Source: Octopus vulgaris
Taxonomy: Eukaryota
Length of the DNA: 64,000 bases
Assembly (NCBI GenBank): GCA_951406725.2
Contig: OX597834.1
Coordinates: 17,546,001-17,610,000, forward strand
Direction: 5' to 3'
Shown: positions 52,290 through 63,585 of the stretch, piece by piece
Numbering within the stretch: position 1 is the first letter of the stretch
Layout: the number at the start of each line of letters is the position of its first letter
Program-made: the position numbers and the translations under genes
The notes under the pieces: generated by a model
Database searches by the model: none
What the model was told of the DNA's origin: nothing
What the model saw: only the letters and a program-made list of their open reading frames with translations

Positions 52290-53245
52290 CAGGAATTACT
52301 TAAAGATCACATTCGTTCTCTACAGAATATTTTTGAAACCAGGAACGCTGACAAATTTGAATGTATCAAGCATTTTGAATCTCACCTTACCACCATTCCA
52401 TTAACATTGCAAGATCTTTTAGTGGTTAATTTAACAGCCGAGACATGGAATGAAACGAGTGGAATGTTAGTGTATCTAAAAGGTTTCATTTGTGTATTAA
52501 TGTTGACTGTTTAGTATAAAGTTTTGGCTCCAATAGATATTTACATTAATGTCAATCAAAGAGAGATGTTACGTTGGATGTAGAGGAGGCATCTTAACAT
52601 TGAAATTCTCCTTGAAGATTTGATGAAATTATGAAACAAGTGGAAAAACATCTGGAATGAACCCAAGGAGTTGAAATAGAAACCAACTTCTCCCATTCGT
52701 ATGGAGGCATGAGTCAAAAGAGAAGGGTACGATGATGACACAACACCCGATGCCAACCTGCCAGAAATAACTGGCATAGATCACTCGCCAGTCGAGACCT
52801 ACTTCTGAAAAGCCATGTTTTATGTCTTGATTGATAATGTTATTAGAGGATTAACTGTGTGTTAATCCTATAATAATGCTGTTAAGCGGTTGGCTGATAA
52901 TTTTGATTTCTTGTGGAAAATATCTCACAATGTCTGAAAGTGAGTTTAAAAAAATAAATAAAACGTGAAAGAAATTAATTCACTGAAGACTTTGAAAAAC
53001 TACAACTGAAGCCTTTAAATGCTAGATTTTTTTGACTGACTACAAACTTTATGTTTGGGAATATTCATCAGAATTTTAACTAGAATCACTTTAGCTCAAC
53101 ATGTAAAACTTTCTCAAGGTCTTCTTCCTGACTCAAACTCAGCTTATTGATTCGATAAGACTCAGTATTGAATGAAGCAATGCTAGAGAAATTGATTTTG
53201 GTTGTGTTATTAGAAATTTTGCAGATAAAATACTTGAAAAGCTCA
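52290..53245 (+). pseudogene. Decayed hAT transposase C-terminal region (ZMYM1/Tip100-like)
   Basis: Fragments FYVLIDNVIRGL, AVKRLADNFDFLWK and LSIE..AREIDF..VIRNFADK resemble the hAT dimerisation-domain end; many stops. Confidence 0.6.
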
Positions 53246-53654
53246 TTTTATTAGCAGATTAGGCTTATCATTGTTCTGTATATAAAGTATATTGTTATCT
53301 GGTCATTCTGGTGCGCTGGGAATAAAGCATTTATGGAAGTTTACCAGTGGTCATATTTCAGATAGCCAGAGATTAGCCATCATGTTCAATTATGCTTTCA
53401 TAATCATACATCAAAAGCTGTCAATTATTTTTGATATTTTTATCATAACCATAATTTTCACAAAGAAGGAAAAAAACTACAACTCTAAAATGTAAAGTTG
53501 TACCGTTATCATCATTGAAATAACTTAATCGAGGATTTAAAGTCCATTTGTACATCATATTGTCGATTTTGAGGAGAGGACCTCACCACTTCAAAGGGAC
53601 TAAAAAGAAACAAAACAATCTTGTTCTACCTTGTGGAATTTCTCTTTGAGGTTA

Positions 53655-53895
53655 TACCTCCAGCATCAACTAATCACCCATTACTACCTCCATTGAGTAA
53701 TTATCCATCACTACCTCCAGCATCTACTCATCTTCCATCCCTGCCTCCAACACCTACTCATCTCCCATCCCTATCTCCAGCACCAACTAATCTCCCATCG
53801 CTACCTCCAGCATCAACTGATCTCTCATCCCTGTCTCTACCACCAATCCGTCATACATCACTACCTCCAGTACCAACTCATTACCCATCCCTGAC
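53655..53895. repeat. Degenerate 30-bp minisatellite (about 8 units; CCATCACTACCTCCAGCATCTACTCATCTT)
   Basis: 10-aa periodicity PSLPPASTHL in ORF 53621-53914. Confidence 0.85.
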
Positions 53896-55871
53896 AACAT
53901 CTCAGAGTATTTAAAAATTTCTATTTTATATATGTAATACTTGTATTTGTATACACGACCATACTTTGGTTAAGTTACTATGGCATTTTACATATACCTA
54001 GGAAACAACATTTTATGTTGAGCCAACACAGGTGTCTGAATGTGGTTGCATGATCTGCTGGAAGTGGCAGCCAAACCTTTCCTTAATTCACATACTACTT
54101 TCATGGAAGAAAAAAAAGAAAGAAAAAGAGATAGTGGCATATGAAATAGTATTGTCTTGGATTCACTGAGTGAATATTGAGACATACTGCACTACTGCCT
54201 CATTTTATTGCATTCCCTTAGCAAAGTTACATTTCCAACAACATTGTCCCCATCACCATACCCACAACTGTCCCTTGATCATGACTGTCCGAATCAACGA
54301 CACTTTTAAATCAGATTATGTTATCTAATTTTAACATCTTCATATCTAATTTCTTACACAGACTTGTCAATACAATCATGACAGCGTGACATAATTTAAG
54401 ATATTTATTTCCTTTCAAATTACATGTGTTAAAGTGAAACAACTGTTTGGTTAAAGTACTGGACCTTCAGCAACTCCTGGACTGTTAGTTCGAGACCCAT
54501 TTGCAAATGTTTTGTTCAGTTTTCTGGATCATTTTTTAAAATTAATTCTTTTCTGCTGTTTGTGAAGAATAATGTGTTTGGTAACAAATTTCCAATCACA
54601 AGAGAGATCAACAAGTACCAAAACTGACATAAGATATAAAACACTTTCATATCACTTTTAACAAGTTCATATTTGAAACATTTTCTTCCTTTTTTTTTAT
54701 TATTTTGTTGATAAAATAAATACCAGTTTGAACAGTAAAGTTGCTGTAATTGACTTCACTCTCCATTCAAAACTGCTAACCTTGTGGCAAAAAACAGAAA
54801 GAATTATTAAGATTACTTTCTTTAAGATGACAAAGTGATTTGAGGGAGATTTGGCAGCTATTTCTAGCAGGTGGAGCGACCTACTAGGAGCAGTAGCCAG
54901 TTCTCCCGCACCCCAGTTACTTTGCATACTGAAATCAAGTCCACTTCAAAGAACTCAATGTCTGCAAGGAGAAATGAGAATATGTTTCTTCGAAGAAAAT
55001 GTTCAGATCTCTGAATTTATTTTTGTGCCTTGTTACGCTTCATTTGAAGCCATGAACCCAAAGTGTGATCATAACGTTTTTGCTGATTATTTAAAACTAA
55101 TCAAAGATATATAATCACATTAAAAGAAAATAACAAACAACGAAAGATGCTGTTTTCAATTATATTGTATTAATAATATTATACTTTTGATATTGTTGTA
55201 ACTGTTGGAACGCAATTGCTAGTCACACCATTGATATCGAGAGTAGACAACGAATATCTTTGATGGTCGAACATCTTTAACTCATCGTCTCTCACATTAC
55301 GGTCAATTCTCTTAATTTTCTATCACTTTAATTGGTCTAAAGTAGTAACTAGTTGAGACTCAAGCTCAGCAACATGTTTTCCACAACCAGTTTCTCAGTT
55401 ACACGTAAAAGTTTCAAAGCTGGACTTGGTTTTTTTGCTGGACTTGGTTTTTTTTGCTGGACTTCGTTTTGGTTGAAATATGTGTTCGATTAATTTTTAC
55501 AAAATCATTTGGCTCTTCTTTTAAGTTGCATTGATTCTAAACAAGGATTTATTTGAAATACAATGAAATTTATCACTAAAGACAGTCGTGGGTGGCGGAG
55601 AGAAAAAGAAAAAGCGATGGTTGCATGTTGAAGGACCTTCGGTAAGTCCGACATTTTATTTTTGATTGAAAGCAGACGATAATGTTCTTTGGGCGAAGAT
55701 AAAGAATTCGCAAAGCACCCGTTGTTCGGCTTTTAGGGTTAGGGTTCCGTCGAAAACTGGTGGTGTACATATTCTTTACCTCCGCTATTCGTTGGCTTAG
55801 AATCTTCCCTAGAAGATCCTGTTTTTTATCTTCTTCTATTACAATTTCTTTCTTATGTACGAAGTTTTTTT

Positions 55872-56106
55872 CGGTACTACTAGCGAACAGTGGTCCCGGT
55901 GTGCGCACTCGCGCATCTGTGCTAGCTAGTCGTAAGTAGTCGATCCTACAACGATTTTTTAACCCTAAACCTAACCCTAACCTTAGTTTGTTTATAAAAA
56001 TAATTTATTTACTTAGTTTAAAAAAATTGTAGGATCGTCTACTTACAACTAGCCAGCAAGGACGCGCAACTGCGCGCACCGGGACCACTGTTCGCTTGTA
56101 GTCCCG
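55872..56106. mobile_element. Palindromic MITE-like element with about 80-bp TIRs and internal (AACCCT)-like repeats
   Basis: CGGTACTACTAGCGAACAGTGGTCCCGGTG...CACCGGGACCACTGTTCGCTTGTAGTCCCG, with T-runs on both sides. Confidence 0.85.
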
Positions 56107-56461
56107 TTTTTTTCTAGCAAAGTATATCATTGTCAGGCGCTAGACTGATACTTCACTTTTAATTTTAATTTATTTCTTTGAGGAAAAACTGATACAGTCC
56201 TAAATAATTGCCTTTCTGTCACTTTTAATTGAGTTGTATTGAGAATCTGTAAGTAAGATTCGACCTGTGTTGTTTTCCACAACCAGTTTCTTAATTACAA
56301 AATTAAACTTCGGTCTTGGTGCTTTGACTGGTTGAAATATGTTCGATTAATTTTCGGAAAATCAGTCCCGCTCTTGTTTTAAACATAGATTTAATTATGA
56401 TATAGTGGAATTTGCAATTTGGTGAGCTAAAGTTGTATTATTTGGTGTTATATTGCTATAT

Positions 56462-56693
56462 AAGGCGGCGAACTGGCAGAAACGTTAGCACGCCGGGCGA
56501 AATGCGTAGCCGTATTTCGTCTGCCGTTACGTTCTGGGTTCAAATTCCGCCGAGGTCGACTTTGCCTTTCATCCTTTCGGGGTCGATAAATTAAGTACCA
56601 GTTACGCACTGGGGTCGATGTAATCGACTTACTACCTATGTCTGTTCTTGTTTGTCCCCTCTATGTTTAGCCCCTTGTGGGTAGTAAAGAAAT
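56462..56693 (+). mobile_element. SINE family B, young copy with 17-bp TSD
   Basis: TATTTGGTGTTATATTG on both sides. Confidence 0.92.
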
Positions 56694-56899
56694 ATATTTG
56701 GTGTTATATTGTTGTTTGTTGTAGTGTTCTCTGAACACTCTTGTTTGTGCTGCCTTGTGGCAGTTTGTACTTTCCCTCCTCATTGAGGAGGGTAAGCCAA
56801 GTGAAAATGTTAAAAGATATCAGCGACTCAGATATCAATCAACTGCTCAGAACTGTCCTCTTCGGAACAATCAGAGCAGTCAGATACTTCGTGGAGTAA

Positions 56900-57440
56900 G
56901 ATGGAAAAACGGGCGAGAGAAGATAGAAGCTTTGCGGAGATTGCAAAGATTAAAAAAAACCATCGAACGGAATGGGACGAATGGAAAAATTATTCAAAAA
57001 TAACGAGGCGAGAAGGAACCGATGTGGAATTAAGCCCTCCTGAGGAACTGATTGTCAACAGGAGGGAGTCTACTGTCACATACAAAGTAGGAATTGGAAA
57101 GGCCAAACATGGTTATACAGGGGCTGAAAGAGATTATTGAGGAATTATCGGAGACCATAGCAATGGAAGACGTAATAAGGGCGGTCAGAGTAGAGGGCAG
57201 GATCCCTCGATGCTACAAGTGCGGCCAGAAAGGCCACATTAGAGCAAACTGCCCTCTACAAGACAAAAAGAAAAACAGAAGTAACACCACCACCACCAGA
57301 AGAAAAAGAAGATGAATCAGAAGGAGAATGGGAAGCAGCCGGTAAGAAAAGGAAAAAGAAGAAACCAGGTAAAACAAACACAGAACCCCACCATCTTCCT
57401 CCCATCCGCCCCCTACAGACGTTAACCTACCCGTCCCCCT
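56900..57440 (+). pseudogene. gag-like/LINE ORF1 remnant with CCHC zinc knuckle
   Basis: VRVEGRIPRCYKCGQKGHIRANCP (C-x2-C-x4-H-x4-C, 57211-57252), upstream SFAEIAK motif, frameshifted. Confidence 0.75.
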
Positions 57441-57469
57441 CTGGCACGCAAACAAGATGTTTTGTTTTC

Positions 57470-57921
57470 CCAGGAAGGAAAGGGAATGTTGCATCGCTTT
57501 AGATTGTCTTTTCGTTTGTCTTTGAAGCGCAAATGTAGCCTTCCAAGTGACATTCCTGTTGGGAATTGGCCAAAGAGAAGTAACTTCAGAATTTTGATAT
57601 CACTCGTACGTGAGAGATGACCTGGCCATCTAAGCTGTATTTTGATGAGGATGGCTTCAGTACCAGATATGTTGTATTTTGTTAGTACGTCAGTGTTATG
57701 AATATAGTCGCTCGGTTTTATGCAGGAGATAGTACGTAAGCATTGCATATAATGTTCTCAACACCACTGATCTATATACATTAACTTTCACCTTCAACGC
57801 TACGTCGTGGCTGTTCCATAGCTTGTGATAAAGCTTACCGAAAGCGGAACTAGCCTTCCTGATTCTGGACTCGATTTCTTTACCCATCTTCGCATCATTG
57901 GACACAATGGAACCAAGATAT
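57470..57921 (-). pseudogene. RTE-clade LINE ORF2 C-terminal remnant
   Basis: YLGSIVSNDA...EIESRIRKASSAFGKL...KVNVYRSVVL and QLRWPGHLSR...LLFGQ...GR..LRFKD, frameshifted. Confidence 0.88.
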
Positions 57922-58281
57922 GGTGAAGGCGCATGGCTCAGCGGTTAGAGCGTCGGGATCACAGTTATGAGATAGTGAGTTTGATTCCTGGACCAGGCCG
58001 TGTGTTGTGTTCTTGAGCAAGACACTTTATTTCATACTGCACCAGTTCATTCAGCTGTAGAAATGTGTTGTAACATTCACTGGTGCCAAGCTGTATCAGC
58101 CATTACCTTTTCCTTGGATAACAGCAGTGGTGTGAAGAGTGGAGGCTAGTATGCATGGACGACTGCTGGTCTCCCATAAACAACCTTGGCCGGACTTGTG
58201 CTTCGGAGGGGAACTTTTTAGGTGCAATCCTATGTCATTCATGATCGAAGAGGGTCTTTAACCTTTATATATATACTTTAT

Positions 58282-58510
58282 TTAACCCTTTAGTGTTTAA
58301 ACCGGCCATATCCAGCCCAAAGTATTCTACAAGTTTTATATTCAAACTGGCCAGATCCAGCCTCTCACACCTAACCTACATTGACATTCTAAAAATAAAC
58401 AATAATATCATTGAAACTTCAAAGCTATAAGATCATGCATGATTAATTCAAAACAATTTGAGTGAAAAAGTATTACATTTAACAGAGTAATCTGAACACT
58501 AAAGGGTTAA
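58282..58510 (-). mobile_element. piggyBac-type MITE pB1, intact ends
   Basis: TTAA|CCCTTTAGTGTT...AACACTAAAGGG|TTAA. Confidence 0.9.
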
Positions 58511-58532
58511 AGCAGCAGAAAATTCAACAAAA

Positions 58533-58572
58533 CCTGTTACTCTGAGTTTCCCGTTGCCGTTCATCGGACATT
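58533..58572 (-). ncRNA. Minimal hammerhead-like motif with variant core (CCGATGA)
   Basis: Minus strand TGT-CCGATGA-ACG GCAA CGG-GAAA-CTCAGA-GTA-ACA. Confidence 0.5.
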
Positions 58573-59422
58573 CATTCATGTATTGAGTTCTATTTCTCTT
58601 GTTTACTCAGCAAACCTGTATATATATGTATATATAGTATTCATTGAAACTTTTGCTGATAAGACTAAGGTTGTCGACTGAGTTTAAATTAGTAAGCTGA
58701 CACCTTAAATCATTTTCAATAAATCGCCTTTTCGTACGGAAATAATCTCTTACGTTTTCATTGATAATCCACCGGCCGGCTAAGTGTTGTTTTTCTTTCT
58801 TTTTTTTTTTAATTATCATTCCGTGTGTAATGTTGATATTTTAAAATTTTATATAGCGAGGTCAAATGTAGTTGCAAGTAGCGGTTGCATAATATTCTGG
58901 AAGTTAAACCATCAAATATAGTCTTGTAATTTTATTGTCATGTCTTTTTCAACAGAATACTCATTTTACAGCTGACGTTTGTCGTTACTGCTTACATGCT
59001 GAAGCAATCACAAATGCATGCACACGCATAGACATACTTAATGAATTAAATTTGTTATGCCTTACTTTTGATGAAAGGTAAATGATACCTATACAAGGTA
59101 CATACTTACAACGAGCTCAAGATAGAAAACACTAGCATTCAAATTATTAACTACTTGCTGATGAGTGGCTGCAAGAAATAGCTGTCAAATCTCACCACAT
59201 TGAAAAATGTGAGGCAACAGTGCACTTCGGGATGTACAAAAGAAAAGAAAAAAAGAACGTGATAGACATAGCTGGAGCATTTTTGATAATAGTAATGTCC
59301 GAGCAAGACTGATCTAGGGCTAGATCAGTAATATCTTGCTTCTCTTGTGGCTATTGGTGTTACTCCTCTATCTTGCGTAGGTTGTTATTTACTCCTTGAT
59401 CGAACAAGCCTATGATGAGAGG

Positions 59423-59805
59423 TGGAGGCGCAATGGCCCAGTGGTTAGGGCAGCGGACTCGCAGTCATAGGATCGCGGTTTCGATTCCCAGACCGGGCGT
59501 TGTGAGTATTTATTGAGCGAAAACACCTAAAGCTCCACGAGGCTCCGGCAGGGATGGTGGTGATCCCTACTGTACTCTTTCACCACTCTTTCTCTCACTC
59601 TTACTTCCTGTTTCTGTTGTACCTGTATTTCAAAGGGCCGGCCTTGTCACTCTCTGTGTCACGCTGAATATCCCCGAGAACTATGTTAAGGGTACACGTG
59701 TCTGTGGAGTGTTCAGCCACTTACACGTTAATTTCACGAGCAGGCTGTTCCGTTGATTCGGATCAACCGGAACCCTCATCGTCGTAACCGACGGAGTGCT
59801 TCCAC
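59423..59805 (+). mobile_element. SINE family C, full length, 12-bp TSD
   Basis: ATGATGAGAGGT on both sides; near-identical to 12576-12957. Confidence 0.92.
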
Positions 59806-60589
59806 ATGATGAGAGGTATTCCAGCTGTTGCCATTCTGCTTTTATCTCTTTCAGGTAATGCGTTACATTATCTTATGTGTTCTTCATTTTCTAAGACTGT
59901 GGAATGTAATTTAAGGGAGACTTACTTGATATTTCTCGCAGGCCGAGCGAGTAATATCTACTGGGCTGATCCTCAACTGAATATCTTGCAGTTGGGGTTC
60001 GAATCCCTGTAGCAATATAGATTTAAAACAGACTGGATTTAATGAGATACAGCTTGTATTTTCTACTTGTATATCCTACATTTCTGGTGAGACAACTTCA
60101 GCATTGTGTTGGCTGAAAGCCAGGGGCGTAACCAGGTTTTAAAAGTTAGGGAGAAAGAGCACTTAAAAAATGGCGCCAGGGCACATACCAAATAATTTAA
60201 AATTCACTTTACAATTTTTTTTGTATTTAAAACAAAACAAACACGGAAGTTATTGTTTTAGAGGAAATGCATAATTGCTATTTTGTATTTAAACTGAAAA
60301 CAAGGAAGATACAGTTTTAAAGGAAGTGCATAATTATTTTGTATTTAAAATCAAAACAATAAAAAAGTTTTACAGTAGGCTCAAATCCATTCACTATCTG
60401 ATATGAAAATCTAATACCCCACCTCCTAAATATTCGTGTTTATTTATTTTACATTTTAAACGTGAAATGAAAACAAAATGAATCAATATAAAAATGTATG
60501 TAGCAATCATAACAACCTCTTCTAGGCATTAATTCTTGCAAAGTTGTCTTTTATTTTATTATAATCCACTTCAGTAGCCAACTGTCTTT

Positions 60590-61290
60590 CAATGAAGCCA
60601 ATCCACGCACAACTGTTCGAGAGTTTGCTTCTGCATTAGACGTAACGTATACGACAATTTCCAGCCACTTGAAAGAGATGGGAAAAACAAAAATACTTGA
60701 GAAATGGGTGCCGCACGAATTGAACGACAAAAAAAAATTTTAAAAATGCCGTTTTTAAGTGTTGTCTTCCTTTCTTTAACGCAACCCGTTTCTCGACCGG
60801 ATTGTGACTTGCGATGAAAAGTTGATTCTTTACAACAACCGGCAACGTTCAGCTCAGTGGTTGGACGTCGACGAAGCTCCGCAGCACTTCCCGGAGCCAA
60901 AGTTGCACCAAAAAAGATCATGGTGACTGTTTGGTGGTCTGCGGTCGGTCTCATCCATCACAGCTTTTTGGATCCAGGCGAAACCATTACGGCGGAGAAG
61001 TACTCTCAGCAAATGGAGGAAATGCATAAGAAACTCCAACAACAACAGCCAGCATTGGTCAAATAGAAAAGGACCAATTCTTCTGCATAACAACGCTCGG
61101 CTGCACGTCACACAACTGACCCTGCAGAAATTGAACGAATTGGGCTACGAAACTCTGCCTCATCTACCATACTTACCTGACCTCTTGCCTACCGACTACC
61201 ACTTTTTCAAGCATCTCGACGACTTCCTGCGTGAGAAATGCTTCAAAAACCAAGACCATGTCAAACACGCCTTTAACGACTTTCTTGACA
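60590..61290 (+). pseudogene. mariner (D,D34D) transposase pseudogene, 5'-truncated
   Basis: WVPHEL (60705), FLDRIVTCDEK, KKIMVTVWWS, LLHNNAR (catalytic D mutated to N), HLPYLPDLLPTDYHFFKHL; frameshifts and stops. Confidence 0.93.
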
Positions 61291-61845
61291 AACTAATATC
61301 TATCTATCTGTCTGTCTGTCTAGCTAGCTACACGCATACGTGTGTTTGTGTGTTTAAACACACATATACCTTGCATACAAATATCACGTCACGCTCGTAT
61401 GTTCATACAATTGCATCCGGTATATACATACGTGTGTGTGTGTGTGTGTTCTATCTCCTTAAAAATTTGAATGCTGGATAATTGCAAATGCAGCGTTAAA
61501 TGATGCAAAACGCAAAGTAGTGTTCGTAAGGCCATTAATAAGATTATTGACCGGGTGTTAGTTGCTTATGAATAATAAATGGAACAAAAGAATAAAATAA
61601 GTAATAATGAAGTCGTAAATAGAAAATAATTAGCAAATTTAGTGAAGTGGGTTATTATGCAGCCTATAAACATATATATAAACAACAAAATCAAGAACAA
61701 GAATAATATCACGTGGACAAATGTGTAAGGTACAGAGATTAACGGTAAACAAGAATGAAAATATGAATAAAAATAAGATAAATACAAAACAAAACAAAAA
61801 ATGAAGGGATCGAAAACTTGAATAATTTGGTAGGCGTCGTGAGGT

Positions 61846-62290
61846 GATATACAAACACTTGTCATTATGTCATTGGTAGATATGTTTTTCTAATTTTGGT
61901 ACAAGGCCAGCAATTTTGAGTGGCGGGGCAGTCGATGTAATCGACTCCAGTGCTCGACTGGTATTATTTTATTGGGCCCGAAAGTCGAAGACCTCGACGA
62001 AATTTTAACTCAGAACGTAAAGATCCGAAAAAAAAAAAATGATATATAAACACTTGTCATTAGTAGATATTTTTTTCTAATTTTGGTACAAGGCCAGCAA
62101 TTTTGAGTGGCGGGGCAGTCGATGTAATCGACCCCAGTGCTCGACTGGTATTATTTTATCGGGCCCGAAAGCATGAAAGGCAAAGTCGAAGACCTCGACG
62201 AAATTTTAACTCAGAACGTAAAGATCCAAAAAAGAAAAAGAAAAATGCTGCTAAGCATTTTGTCCAACTCGTTAATGATCTTCCAGCTTG
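61846..62290. repeat. Tandem duplication of about 190 bp containing a SINE-B-related fragment (- strand)
   Basis: 61846-62040 repeated at 62040-62240; the first copy lacks GCATGAAAGGCAAA. Confidence 0.85.
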
Positions 62291-62947
62291 AAGTCATTGG
62301 TAGATATACAACAGTGATAACGCTAAGTGATTAAAAGTATATTGAATATATTTGTTTACAATAAATTCGATTAATAGGATGAACATTTATTGTGAGCTGC
62401 ATGCAGAGTTAATGTGATTCTTAGATAAAATTAATGTAATGTATCTTCGTAAAGAAATAGAACAAAATAAAACGATAAACCATTGAGAACAGTAATAAAC
62501 GGACGAAGAAAAATATAGATAGCGCGTGTGTCAATTTGACACACACACACACAAAAAAAAATTACCGTCCCGAAATACAACAACATATTGGTAAAAATTG
62601 GAATAAATACGATGATTTAGGAAGGAAACTTATGTAAGTGGTGGGGATATGGAGAGACTACGATATGATGTTTAAAAAAAAAAAGGTGGTGGATTATCTG
62701 TTGAAGATAATGAGATTAAGAAGGTTTTGAGATTTTATGATTTATTGTTTTGATAAGGAAACCAGCTCAAAGTTTGCAGTTATGTAAATTTGTTTCAGGA
62801 AAGAGACTTCCGAAGGACTTAGAAGTACGTAACTGACACATTTTGTCATTGACTTGGTTAAGCAAGGCAATGTTAATATTTTTCAACCAATATTGCGGGA
62901 TACGTTTATGGACAGCAAGAACCATATGTTTCCAGTTTTATTATATA

Positions 62948-63585
62948 CTAGCAGTATCGCCCGGCGTTGCTCGGGTTTGTAAGGGAAATAACTATATAAG
63001 CATTTTTAGAGAGTTATAGCCAAAAAGTAGCAAAAAAATGCATTAAAAATGGAAAAAAAAATGATGGTAATTTTTTTTTTTAAATCGTTGACTCATCGTA
63101 GACATTTTTAGAGAGTTACTTCCCTTATGTAATAGCGAAAAATGCATTAAAATGGAAAAAAATGATGGTAATTTTTTTTTAAATCGTAGACTCATCGTAG
63201 ACGCTTTCTTAGCCATTTCTGTTTTGGTGTCTTCACGCCATGAAGTCGTTGTTCTAAAAGAACGCTGGTCTCCTTGACAACGCATTACGACGTTGATTTC
63301 CTTACACTCCCTTCCCCACAGGTGCAGGTGTGAGCGTGGACGCCAACTCCGCCGCCATCGACACACGAAAAATTATGCATTAAAATGGAATAAAAAATGA
63401 TGTTAAATTATTTTTAAAATCGTAGACTCATCGTAGACGCGCGCTAATAGCCATACGGGGTCGATATGAATCACGACTATAAGATACCCGAATTTGGTTA
63501 AACTGCACCGCAAAATGTGGGAGTAGTTAGGAATCTAAATCGAAGGGGACAGACACTCACACAACTACAGTTTTATAAATATAGA
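62948..63585 (-). mobile_element. Complete non-autonomous Helitron
   Basis: Minus strand A|TCTATATTTATAAAA 5' end; 3' GC hairpin CCCGAGCAACGCCGGG upstream of CTAG|T; no TSD; three internal copies of an about 65-bp unit. Confidence 0.9.

Noticed and set aside
53621-53914. Proline-rich extensin-like ORF
   Set aside because: Arises from a 30-bp minisatellite, starts at TTG and has no convincing splice sites
59155-59192. CTGATGA...GAAATAGCTGTC hammerhead-like string
   Set aside because: Stems I and II do not pair properly, and the 3' half matches a common repeat motif (AGAAATAGCAGCCAAATCTC)
60121-60430. CAGGGGCGTAACCAGG hAT-like terminus
   Set aside because: No matching right TIR or TSD found; at most a solo end
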